A DNA stretch of 63,849 nucleotides, filler included, from Olpidium bornovanus S191 (lineage: Eukaryota > Fungi > Olpidiomycota): the NCBI GenBank assembly GCA_017911155.1. It is 24 parts of 24 records of this genome, joined end to end, with 100 filler letters (N's around TTAATTAATTAA, not from the genome) between each part and the next. Parts side by side here need not be neighbours in the genome. Positions count along the whole stretch, not along the records: positions 1 to 9,937 come from JAEFCI010010305.1; 23 more parts are not named here. One strand, written 5' to 3'. Shown piece by piece: positions 1 to 9,937 of the stretch (positions are counted from its first letter, which is position 1; the number at the start of each line of letters is the position of its first letter). The notes under the pieces are model-generated. The model made no database searches, was not told where the DNA came from, and was given only the letters and a program-made list of their open reading frames with translations. Both the position numbers and the translations under genes were made by a program.

Positions 1-469
1 CTCGCGTTCCCGTGCTATCTAACCGGCAATCCCGGATCGGTGCGGGACCTGGCCCCCGGGAGCCGATCTCTTCTTCATACGCGGTGTCGACGCTGATCGT
101 GCTGATTGGCGCTTGCACGTACACGTGTGCCGTCATGGCCGATAAGAGTTCAGTTTCTCGGCGTGGGGTGTCAAACGGCTCTTCACCGACACTCTAGAAA
201 CGTTGTCGGCACGACGACGCTGGAATCACCGAGAATTCATTGCTGCTTCCGATCGAAGCTCGGATTCGGCGACTTGCGGACTCGGCGTTGTCGCCGCAAC
301 GGCGGTGCCGGAGAACGCTGCTGGTACCTTGACCTTCCGTCAGTGCGTCTCAGTCAATCCACTTTCCCGCCCGGCTGCCGACGACTGCAACGCCGCGATA
401 CCCGGCGCGACCGTGCTGTCTACATCGCGCGATGGACGGCTCAAAAGTTCCTCCTGTCTTGTGCTCATG

Positions 470-1009
470 TTCGACAAGCTCCGAGAATACAAAACGTTCA
501 AGAACGAACAGTAATTTTGGTAGGCTTTTGCGTAATCACGCACTCGCTGGCTCAGAATGGTATCGTCGCCCACACAAAATTCGTTCCGACCCGTGACTGC
601 GCTCTAGATTGTTCAGTCTAACAACACCGTCCATTGGACCTGCAAACGCAGGCAACCGGCCTGATAATTGTGCCCGCGGCCCAGAGATGTACACGCCCCA
701 ATCGGCTGTCGTGTTGGCGCATTACGTCCAGCCGGACTCCTTAGTGATACACCCACACGGGCTGCGGTATACTTCTGCAGCAGCGGAGATTGAGTGCCTT
801 TGCGAGCTCCCTCTTTTGCCCTGCAGGATGCCTACTTGTCTCAGCCTAATGTTCGCCGCGAGTCAGATGGTCTCACGGCACGCGTGAATTGCTCTGCCGG
901 TTCTCGCCTAGTACATGAGTTCTTAACCTATGTGGAGGCGAACGAGCCTACCTCGTCGGAAGAACTCGTCAAATTCCACATGCAGTTTCCGGAGCAGCCT
1001 CTTCCTATG
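470..1009 (+). pseudogene. Degenerate/truncated paralog of the TET/JBP-like gene at 6377-8182
   Basis: 854-1009 translates RRESDGLTARVNCSAGSRLVHEFLTYVEANEPTSSEELVKFHMQFPEQPLPM, 28/52 identical by hand alignment to RHEPKGLTTRANCSAQHGLAREFLACVEAHNPCLSEELQAFHKVFPDAAPPM (6979-6824). Weaker similarity upstream (ERTVILVGFC vs EETMAIVGGFC). No HxD exon visible downstream. Confidence 0.6.
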
Positions 1010-1040
1010 CCAGGGTCTGCCCTGGTATTTTCTGATAAAA

Positions 1041-1341
1041 TGTACCAGTAATTATGAGCGGAAAGGAAATATGCCCCTGTTTTATTCAATTTCCTACTGG
1101 TCCCTCGACGTCGAAGTAAATGAAAAAAGAAAATATGCCTCTGTTTTATTCTGATTCTTATTGGTCCCCCTTATAAGGGACTAATCCCTTTAAGTATTCA
1201 GTTTTGGCGCTGTTCTCCCCTTCCCTCCGGTGGGCACCCCCTTTGTTCCCCCTTGTATGTAGGCTCTTGTGGGTGAGAAGAAACCCCTGTAGTCCCTTTG
1301 ACACTGGGTTTATTTGGTAAAGTGTGGCTAGGATAGGTACA
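1041..1341. mobile_element. Candidate LTR
   Basis: Bounded by a perfect 6-bp inverted repeat TGTACC...GGTACA. A purine tract (GAGGAGGTGAGGG, minus strand, ~1358-1370) lies between it and the Gypsy integrase but is ~16 nt away. No TSD. Confidence 0.3.
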
Positions 1342-1564
1342 GATATTGCTGCATTACCCTCACCTCCTCAAAAAGCTGGGGAATATGGGTGAGGCAAAGG
1401 GATGGCGGGTATGGAAAAACAAGGGTAAAACATTGGGCGGTAGGGAAAGCGAGAGTGTGTAATCGGGCCGGCCGACTTGGGGGCAGCTAAGTGTGGAAGC
1501 GGGTTTGCACAGTGGGGGTGAAGGACGTGCGAGCGGTTGGTTCAGGGCTAGGTGCGGCAGCACG

Positions 1565-1860
1565 CTAAAAGCGTTCGGGGAGGGCCGTCAAGGGGTCAGT
1601 TACAAATTTGAGGTGCGAGGGGGCGAAACGGCGGTCCAGGACCCGCTCGGACCGAGTGTCGAGGACGATGTAGGAACCCCCCGCCATTTTGCATATGACA
1701 CGGCCAGGACCTTCGTAGATCGGCTGCTGTTTGTTGGAGCGGGTAGCGTTCTGCCACATGACCATGGTGCCTGGTGGGAAGTCGACGAGCTGGTGGCTGC
1801 CGTCGAACCGCTCCTTGGTCTTCTCGCGGTAATGTGCTGTGCGTTGGGCGGTGGTCGGTG
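1565..1860 (-). mobile_element. Ty3/Gypsy integrase C-terminal (GPY/F) fragment
   Basis: HYREKTKERFDGSHQLVDFPPGTMVMWQNATRSNKQQPIYEGPGRVICKMAGGSYIVLD...RRFAPSHLKFV matches the Gypsy integrase C-terminal pattern. Confidence 0.75.
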
Positions 1861-1959
1861 TCGGGGTCTGAAAGGAGGGGGCCTACGTACGGCATATTTC
1901 GTGTGTGTAGCGGAAGTAGTCCTCTAGTCCTTTCCCCCTCTTCGGGTTTCCACGCTTAG

Positions 1960-2056
1960 AACAAAACAGTAAAACGAAAAAGAAAAGAAATAAACTCTCC
2001 TTTCCGCGCGGCACACCACATCTGGTAGCAACGCCTAGCCTCCTGTTCAGCAACAG
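1960..2056 (+). mobile_element. LTR 3' end plus primer-binding site (tRNA-iMet-like)
   Basis: AATAAA-like signal, then ...CACCACA|TC|TGGTAGCAACGCC. 2011-2056 is identical to 41451-41496. Confidence 0.55.
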
Positions 2057-3182
2057 TACGTCCGTCCGCAACTCGAAGGACTGCCCGCCGCGCTGTCGGC
2101 CAACTGGAGTGCAACTTCGATTTATGGAGGAGGTCCAAGGGATAGCGAGGGCTCTTCCTGCAAGGCGGTGCTGTACCGTGGACGGGGATGTCTTCCGCAG
2201 GGTGCCGGGGAGAAAATGCCTGAAATCCCCTTCGAAGGGTTCTTCAAAAGAGTAACCGGTCAGCGAACCACGTCGCTCTACTTCCTCCGAAAGTCCAAGG
2301 AGCTGCCGGCCTCCACGTCGTGCGGAGTCGCAGTCGCAGGGCGCCTTCGGTAGGTGGGTCCGCACGTTGGGGTCACGGTGTTTTTTTTTTCTTTTGTTTA
2401 TTATTCTTCCGGTGAGTGGGACAGAAGCCGCAACAAGCAACAGAGGGGGAGGTCTCCCTATCATAAGGGGGGGGGGGGGGCCACGCTCCCCTCTGACATC
2501 TCGCCCCCTCCACGACCCGACTTTCCAGGCGTGTCGGGGATACATCTTCCACAACAGCAACATGCAAAGTTGGGGGAGCTAAAAGGGACCGAACAGAAAA
2601 AGAAGAACAGAAAGACGGAGCAAGAGGAATGTACCTCTGCCCGTAAAGCTACCTATCTGTTATGCGCGGCGGTAAGAAGCTGCTCGAAGCAACCGTAACG
2701 GGTAATGTGACGCCGTGGCAAGGAGGTAGAGATGCCGCCGGAAAAACCAACCTGCGCTGTTATGCAATCGGCCGTTGTTGCCGGCCACCCACGAAAGTGT
2801 AATCCGTCACAGCAGGGATGTCTGAAAGACCCTTCGAATGTTCTGACGCTAGGGCGTGTGAGACCGGCAGATGACCGCAGAGGCTCCTGACTCCTTCGCC
2901 CTCTGCGCCCTGACGCCCTGGCTCACATCAGGGGGTTGTATGGTGGGAGACGTGCTGCGTAGCGAAGGTTAGACGTAGAGGTAGTGCTGCCTGTCGTCTC
3001 GACACCCGTTGTTTCGACACCATACCTTAAACGCTTTTCCTCGAAGAGCCCTTTGAACTGCTCTTCAATGGATTGGCCGGTGATAACCGACACGCTCTCT
3101 GTAGCGCCCATATCGTCCGTACCGATTTTATACCCATGCGCTCTTGGTAGCGCCTGTAACGACTTCGTTTCGATGTGCCCGT

Positions 3183-3760
3183 CGAAGCGCCCGCCCCGGT
3201 GGGCTGGACAGGGCACATCGAAGCGCCCGCCCCGGTGGGCTGGACGGCTTCCCCGGGGGTATATAGAAACCCCTCTGGGGAGTGCGCCCACAGGCGAATT
3301 CGCGCTTCGCCCTCACCCGAACACTACAACAAAAGCTCCCCGCCGCGCCGTCTGCGCCGCCTGCATCCGCTCGCCGCGCCGCTTCCGCCGCCTTCGGCCG
3401 CCTCCCGCGCCATCTGCGCCGCCTGCATCCGCTCGCCGCGCCGCTTCCGCCGCCTTCGGCCGCCCGTCGCGCCGTCGCGCCGCCTCCATCCGCCCGCCGC
3501 GCCGCCTACGCCGCCGCGGCCACCAGCGCGCCATCTGCACCCCCTCCCGCCGCCTTCGGCCGCCCGGCGCGCCATCCGCGCCGCCTCCATCCGCTCGCCG
3601 TGCCGCCTACACCGCCTTCGGCCGCCCGCCGCGCCATCCGCGCCGCCTCCATCCGCTCGCCGCCGCCTACGCCGCCTCCGGCCACCTCCGCGCCATCTCC
3701 GCCACCTCCGGCCACCTCCGCGCCATCTCCGCCGCCCTCGGCCGCCTGCCGCGCCGTCTC
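3183..3760. repeat. Short direct repeat plus GC-rich degenerate tandem repeat
   Basis: CGAAGCGCCCGCCCCGGTGGGCTGGAC occurs twice (~3183 and ~3219). Repeated CCGCCTGCATCCGCTCGCCGCGCCGCTTCCGCCGCCTTCGGCCG-like units span 3330-3760. The overlapping Pro/Ala/Arg ORFs are shadows of this repeat. Confidence 0.8.
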
Positions 3761-3859
3761 TAAGCACAACTCGTCGTGGTGTTTTCCAGCCGCACGTCCA
3801 ACTGCACTGGAGGAACCAACTGCTTCTTTGTTGGCCACAGCTTACACGGAGACGCTGCT

Positions 3860-4387
3860 TCACGCATACACAGACCTTGCAAGGGAAGAAGCGAGACTCC
3901 TAGTAGGCAAGGACCAACTGTGGACAAAGTCGAGTATGTCACTGTCGCTGTACGAGTCAGGTGGCAGTGGGCCGCCTCCGGCCACCCGCCGCAACACCAT
4001 GGACCTTTCCATGTACACCAGGTCGCGCATAGTCCAGGCCCAGCGCCCCCTGTCTCGGGACTCGTTCGCCCTGCCAGGATCCAGATAGCGTTGCTCACTG
4101 TTGTTGAAGGGGGAGTTGCCGCTCTCTTGAAGATCCCCCCCAAGGTCGGCGAGCGACTGCCGCCGGGTACGCTGATCCAAGAACGCGTTGACAATCTGCC
4201 GATGGCGCATGAACTGTGCCCGCTGCGGCGCGGGCAGGTACCCTCTGTACCTGTATACCAGGAACGAGAACGCGGCAGCCGCGTCTGCTAAACGTCCAGC
4301 CCAACCGTCTCCGAGCGAATCCACGTGTGCTTCGTGGGACAGGGTCAGGATGGTCGACCAACGCCGCCTCTCCGACCGCTTCAGCAT
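3860..4387 (-). CDS. Hypothetical ORF, possibly decayed
   Basis: 175-aa ORF of normal complexity flanked by in-frame stops. No family recognised. Confidence 0.25.
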   Translation of the reverse strand: MLKRSERRRWSTILTLSHEAHVDSLGDGWAGRLADAAAAFSFLVYRYRGYLPAPQRAQFMRHRQIVNAFLDQRTRRQSLADLGGDLQESGNSPFNNSEQRYLDPGRANESRDRGRWAWTMRDLVYMERSMVLRRVAGGGPLPPDSYSDSDILDFVHSWSLPTRSLASSLARSVYA

Positions 4388-4538
4388 GGCCAGCTGCTCA
4401 CGATTTCACGGGGAAAGCTCGAATGAAGGCCGCAGGCGGATGCCGTCACTACGCGGCGGTTCTCCCCGGAGCATCGTCCTCCTGTCGCGCAAGTCGGGGT
4501 GTTCCGTCAACCCGTCACCTGCCCGCATAGCTTTTGCT

Positions 4539-4636
4539 TGTGGTTGGGAATTCCGCCCGGTGGAGTTTTATTCGAGCTCGTAAAATTCTACCATATATAT
4601 ATATATATACGGCATAGAGCGACACCCCCCCTCGAG
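4539..4636 (-). mobile_element. Copia PPT plus short 3' LTR (~86 bp)
   Basis: Minus strand reads CTCGAGGGGGGG|TGTCGCTC...(TA)n...AATAAA...CAACCACA, ~250 bp downstream of the Copia RNase H stop. Confidence 0.5.
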
Positions 4637-4888
4637 CGAGAATGTGGACAAGTGGGTTAGACAAAGAAAAAAAGGGTACAAAGTGCAATTCGGAGAAGTT
4701 TTGGAGGATTCAAAGTCTGAAGATTCTAAACTTGAGGAAAAAAAGGGAGAAAGAAAAGAATGCGAGGAATTGCGGAGGAGTCAAATCTTGGTTGGATTGG
4801 CGCCTCCCAGCCTCGTTCCCATGACTTGCCAGATGCCCCCTATTGCCTATATCCTGTTGTGCGGGATGAGGTAGAAACTTGACGAGAA

Positions 4889-5735
4889 TTAATTGGCGGC
4901 CATGCCCTTGTTGCCAGGCAACGACCGCAGACCGAGTCGAGTACGGAAAGTTTCAAATTCGGGGCGAGGAAGACCTTTCGTAAAGCCATCTGCTAGGTAG
5001 TCCTTGGAGGGAATTGGGTTCACGTGTACAATGCTGTTGGCAACTGCTTCCCTTACGTAAAGCTCACGCAGCTCCATGTGTTTCGATCTTTTTGAGACAC
5101 GATGGCGTTTACTGGCGATCTCAACTGCACCGAGGTTATCGATGCTGAGAGGTGTTGAGCGTTTGTCGCCGGTGATATCCTGGTAGATCTGGCGAAACCA
5201 GGCGAGCTCTCTACACACTTTTGATGCTGCCATGACATCCGCCTTGGTGCTGCTGTGAGCGATAACGGACTGCTTCCCGCTTCGCCATTCCACTGTCGCG
5301 TCTCCATATCAGATTACCCATCCGGTGATACTGCGCAGTCGCCGCCCAGTCACTGTCGCTGGAAACGGCAAGTCCGGTTTCCTGCATGCGCTCGGTGTCG
5401 TGTGGGCTGGTGTTGTTGCTGGTCTTGCCAGGAAAGACAAGCGCATAGTGTGCCGTGCCAGCGAGATAACGAAGTGTGCGCTTCATGGCAGCCCAGTGAG
5501 CAGTGCTCGGATTTGACGTGAACCGGCTGAGGAAGTTTGTCGCCGTTGCAATATCTGGACGCGTTCGGGTACTGAGGTAAAGGAGCGAGCTGATACATTT
5601 CATGTACTTTGCGGGATCGGCCGCTTGCTCCGAGTCGGAACATTCGGCGAATGATCCGATGGCGGACGGATCCAGTGGGGTTGCCTCAGCGTGGCACGTG
5701 GTGTGATGGAAACGTGCGAGGACTATGTTGGCACT
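4889..5735 (-). mobile_element. Ty1/Copia pol: RT C-terminus and RNase H (frameshifted)
   Basis: SLLYLSTRTRPDIA...HWAAMKRTLRYLAGT, SDSDWA, WRSGKQSVIAHSSTKAD, IDNLGA, RSKHMELRELYVRE, LADGFTKGL. Confidence 0.93.
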
Positions 5736-6309
5736 GGGGACAGACCTTCGCGGAATGGATGGATTCCGGAAAAACACGCCCCTGGCCGCTTATTCCGCGA
5801 TCATTACGAAAGCCAGAGCCGCCCTTGAGCACGCCCAAAAGCAACAAGCTAAAGCGTACAACTCACATCGCAAAATGATCCGGTTCGCTATTGGCGACCA
5901 TGTCCTCCTCCGGCGGGAAGGCCTCCTGCAACACGAGGAAAAACTGCTCACTCGCAAGTACTGGGCACCCTTTTTGGGGCCCTTCGAGATTCTAGAAAAC
6001 AACGACACAAGGGACAACTACACACTGGCCCTGCCACCCCGCTTTCATCAACTCCACCCAGTCTTTCATGTCTCCCTCCTCCGGCCCTACAACGATCCTG
6101 GTGAGAAGAGAAAAGTTAACAGGCCAGGAGCAGACGAACAGGGCGAATATGAGGTGCAAGAAATAATTGGAGAGCGAACTCGTAACAGGCAACGACAATT
6201 CCACATCCTTTGTCTCGAATATGATAAGTCAGATGCAACATGAGAAGACGAGGGAGTGCTAGTTAATGCCAGAGAAGCAATTGCCGACTTCCTCGCCCAG
6301 CGACAATGA
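5725..6309 (+). mobile_element. Ty3/Gypsy chromovirus integrase C-terminus plus chromodomain
   Basis: AQKQQAKAYN...FAIGDHVLL...WAPFLGPFEI...HPVFHVSLLRPY, then EYEVQEII...DAT*EDEGVLVNAREAIADF. In-frame TGA at 6241-6243 replaces the conserved Trp. Confidence 0.92.
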
Positions 6310-6376
6310 CCGCTCACCTTCAAAGGACAGTTGTCACGGCCAGGTGACGTGCAATTCCAGCCGACAAATCATCGCT

Positions 6377-8182
6377 CTAGGGCCCTGTTTCATCATCGCC
6401 GGACAACGGCTCAGAGTGCCTGAGGAAGTCTTCATTGCTCGAAAGCTCAGAATGCCGAGAATCCGGCACAGACCAAAGGCCTCGAGCGGTGATAAAGGAC
6501 CAAAAGCGCATCGGAATCACATGTGCCATAGTGACGCGGCCCCCACCGTCTGGGTAGTCGATCACCCCAGTCCCATGGGGTTCCATGTTCGCAAAAAAAA
6601 CAACATGTTGTCTTCCATCTCGAAGTACACACCGTGTCCTAGAAAGATGAACTCCCCGCCTTCGACACCCGGATCCTCCATACAATATGCCAAGCACAAG
6701 TGGTTGGCGTCGTTGTCAATATGAATTCGCGGCTAAACAAAGCAAAGCGGCCGTCATGGTTAGTAGACTGATGCAGTGCAACAACCAGTTCTCAAAACGT
6801 ACCTGGTAGTTGTATGTCGCCCACATCGGCGGCGCCGCATCAGGGAAGACCTTGTGGAAGGCCTGCAATTCCTCGCTCAGGCACGGGTTGTGAGCCTCCA
6901 CGCAGGCCAGGAATTCCCTTGCTAGTCCATGCTGCGCCGAGCAATTTGCACGAGTCGTCAGGCCTTTCGGCTCGTGCCGTAACAATGGCTTAGCAAGATC
7001 CTCGTGCAATTTTTGAACGCCGCGAGGGCTGGCAAGCCCAAATCCTGCCATGCAACCACCCATCCTTCCACCCGCAAGATGCGTCCGCTTGGCGCTCCGG
7101 CTGATGCCCAGCTGCGTCTCCATGAGGACGATACACTTGTGAAGCCAGCGGTTGGCCAGGGTGGCAGAAGCGAAGCCACGACAGAACCCGCCGACGATGG
7201 CCATTGTCTCCTCGTTGAAGATCCAGAGCTCCCGGAACTTCTTGTCGGGGTCCACATTCCTCAGGCGTGAGAAGTCCCGAACTTCGCTCGACGGAGGCGT
7301 CTTGGCCAAACTCGACATGAAGCGACCCAGATGGGCCTCCGCCAGGTCCGACCTCCGGGGCAAGATCAGGCACATGAGGGCCCATCTCCGCTGATCCTCA
7401 GGCGATTTCGGCAGGCCGGGGCAGGCGCGCACATCCCATGAGGCTGCCGTCCGAGGAAATCTTGTTGAGCGATGCTTGGCTTGGCTCCCCAGCAGCCGCC
7501 ATACCAAGCGTTTGGCAGGCCAGAAAACTTGCGATACAGCAGCAGCCTGGAGACTTTCCTTGTTGGCCAGCAGGACTTCTCGGGCGTCGGGCACTTTGAT
7601 GGCCTCCAGCAGAGTTAACAGGACCTGCCGCCGAAGAGCCGCAGAAGAATCACGCGTCAACAAAAGCGAAGCAGCCCAGAAAAAGGGACTACCAACCGAC
7701 GCTTGCTCCTGAGAATCGGCACGCCGACGTCCATAAGCCACCAGGCATATCTCTGCCCCCGAGACGAGTGGTGGACAGGTGGCCCAGATGATGCCGTTGA
7801 CTAAGGAGTACTGCGCGGGGGCCCACCGCCAGCATCCCTCGTTAACGCGGGCCCTGGAAACCACCTGCCGCCTCTTGCCCCGAGTACAGGACGCGCCTCG
7901 AGCCCAGACAGACAGACATGACGGATGTGACGAATGTGACGGACGACGGACACGACAGACAGACGGACATGACGAACGACGGACATGACGGACGTGACAA
8001 ATGTGACGGACGACGGACATGACAGACGTGACGGACAATTACGACGGACGCGGATGCGTGCGAGTTCGCACCTCAAGCTTTACGTGCAGACCGCGGTGCG
8101 TGTTGTCCGCCTTCCAGTCTTCCGCCACATCCCAGTATGTGTGCACGGCTGCCACGGCGCCCTCCACTGCTCCCGCCACCAT
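6377..8182 (-). CDS. TET/JBP-like 2-oxoglutarate/Fe(II) dioxygenase (spliced; one frameshift at an A8 run)
   Basis: Intron 6802-6733 (GTACGT...TACTAAC...TTTAG, 70 nt) joins WATYNYQ to PRIHIDNDANHLCLAYCMEDPGVEGGEFIFLGHGVYFEMEDNML. After a shift at A8 (6593-6600) it reads FFANMEPHGTGVIDYPDGGGRVTMAHV. This gives HxD (6723-6715), a distal His (6577-6575) and the 2OG-binding Arg (6538-6536). GxMxGFG motif upstream. Putative exon 1 at 8182-8072 is phase-compatible with an acceptor at 7864 (less certain). Confidence 0.75.
7905..8050. repeat. GACG/CATGACGG degenerate microsatellite (putative intron 1 of the dioxygenase gene)
   Basis: Repeated GACGGACATGAC/GACAGACA units. Confidence 0.85.
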
Positions 8183-8411
8183 GGTCCTCCTCTCCGTCTC
8201 CCGTCTTCTTTCCTTCTTTCCTTCTTTCCTTCTTTCTTTTCTCTCTTCTTCCGGGGCGGGAGAAGCGAGCGCGGCGCCCCCCCTTTTATACCCGGGGGTC
8301 GCGCCTTTTTTTCCTCGCCGTTTGTTTTGGCTCCTTTTCTTCCTCGCCGTTTGTTTTGGCTTCTTTTTTTTCTTCTCGCCGTTTGTTTGGTTTTCTCCGC
8401 CCGGCCGCGCG

Positions 8412-8421
8412 ATCACGTGAC
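8412..8421. promoter_or_regulatory. E-box (ATCACGTGAC) upstream of the dioxygenase gene
   Basis: 9/10 match to GTCACGTGAC, ~230 bp upstream of the predicted ATG at 8182, next to pyrimidine/poly-T tracts. Confidence 0.4.
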
Positions 8422-8519
8422 CAACACTCGCACACACCAAAAAAAAAAACAACCGAAGGTTGCGCTGGCCGCGCGCTCTCCGTCCCGTCAGATAATTTGA
8501 CCTCGATATTTCCTGTGCC

Positions 8520-9013
8520 AGGAAGTGGGGGGGGTGTCACAGGCGCACGCCTGCAGACTACTCTAGTCACGTGCCTGGCCACTAGATGCCACCAAGGTGC
8601 GCCTACACCGTGGTGTGGCCCCCGCCCCTGTCACATGACCCACATGGGCCCGCTCACGCGTGGGTCCCACACGCATGGATCCCACACGCATGGGCCCTAC
8701 ACACAAGGGGCACCTATGCACGGGTGCACGCCCACGCATGGGGAAGACCCCACACAGCACGGGCGCACACGCGTGGGCCCGTACACAGGATACAGCAGTT
8801 GCGAGCCGTCTGCACACGTTGGCGCTGCCAAGGGCGTGTGCATCAATAGACCGTAGATTCTCGCAACTCTAGATCTGTACACGCACGCTTCACCGAGAAA
8901 AACCTTTCTCCAAGAACTTTTTTCCCAGACCCAGATCTAGAAAACTTGACCTCGATCTAGACTTAGTTCTTTCCCGATCATTGTCATCCAGATCGCGCCG
9001 TTGGCGTATGACA
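8520..9013 (+). mobile_element. Polypurine tract plus 3' LTR (8535-9013, 479 bp)
   Basis: AGGAAGTGGGGGGGG directly followed by TGTCAC; ends ...ATGACA exactly where Copia coding sequence resumes (9014). Internal CCCACACGCATGG repeats. Confidence 0.7.
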
Positions 9014-9700
9014 ATAAAGAACTCTGTTACAGTACTTGTATCCAGCTGGTAAAGGAAATTGTCAGTGCGGAAACTGGTTGCGATGGTCTCACCGTCTTTA
9101 CTCATTTGTAAACACCCGTCCGGTTTGAGAATGACCCGCATGCCGTTGGCTGTAGCACGCCCGAGGGCCAACAGAGCGTGGCGAAGTTGCGGAGCAAACC
9201 GGGCATCGTTGAGGTCGAGAGTAGCATTCACGGTATGCACATGCACTGTTCTGGTGCTTTGCGTACGAGTTGGAGATTTGTCCGTCGCACCATAGAGCCT
9301 GGAAGTATTTTAGCTGTCCAGCTCGGTGAATCTTTTGAGGTCAGGAGACATTTGCTCACTCGCACATGTGTCGAGAAAAACAGGTTTGTCGCCTGCGGCA
9401 GCCTTTGGGTTGGTCCACGTGTGGAGTGCAATCGCGGCATTTGCATGGGCAACTGGTTGTTGTTGTTGAGCAGGCCGGTCCTGCACGTCCGTATTGTCCC
9501 GACTTCTGGTTTTGGCCCTTGGCAAGTGCGCTGTCGTTCGGTTTCTGCTGCCTGGCTTTGAGCAACATTGTTTTGTGAAGTGTCCCTTTATCTTGCACGT
9601 GCAACAGATAATTTCGGAGTAGGGAATTAGTGTGCCATCTTTTGTACGGTACATACCTTTGTTATGTAGTGGACACTCTATTATTCCCTCATTCCTCTGC
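9014..9700 (-). mobile_element. Ty1/Copia gag zinc knuckle, protease and GAG-pre-integrase fragment
   Basis: CCTCKIKGHFTKQC (CX2CX4HX4C), VFLDTCASEQMSP (Copia protease-like), LGRATANGMRVILKPDGC...TDNFLYQLD. Confidence 0.87.
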
Positions 9701-9734
9701 CCAACGCATCGCCTTCTATCGATGTACCGTTCGA

Positions 9735-9875
9735 TCCCGATACCTCCCGTTCGCTCTCGATGCCTCCCGTTCGATCTCGAGGCCCTTCGCTCGACCTCGA
9801 AGCCCTTCGCTCGACCTCGAAGCCCTTCGCTCGATCCCGATGCTCTTCGCCCGACTTCGATATCCCCCGCTTGAG
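9735..9875. repeat. ~21-bp tandem repeat in the Copia gag region
   Basis: TCGACCTCGAAGCCCTTCGC-type units. Confidence 0.75.
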
Positions 9876-9937
9876 CTCAATGTACCGCCCGCTTCTCCAT
9901 ATTGTTGGGCTCCAATCGAGGGGGGCCCCTGTACGTA

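Noticed and set aside
340-573. RT/RdRP from the GDD in MGDDTILSQ
   Set aside because: No other polymerase motifs, and it is antisense to the decayed dioxygenase paralog region.
2984-4088. Long Pro/Ala/Arg-rich ORFs as real genes (also around 11034-11927, 37668-38900, 54429-55040, 56286-57193)
   Set aside because: They are open only because of GC-rich or tandem-repeat DNA, occur in several frames at once, or are antisense shadows of real genes.
6241-6243. Programmed readthrough or RIP at the chromodomain TGA
   Set aside because: Other conserved chromodomain residues are also mutated, consistent with plain decay, and one site cannot show a RIP signature.
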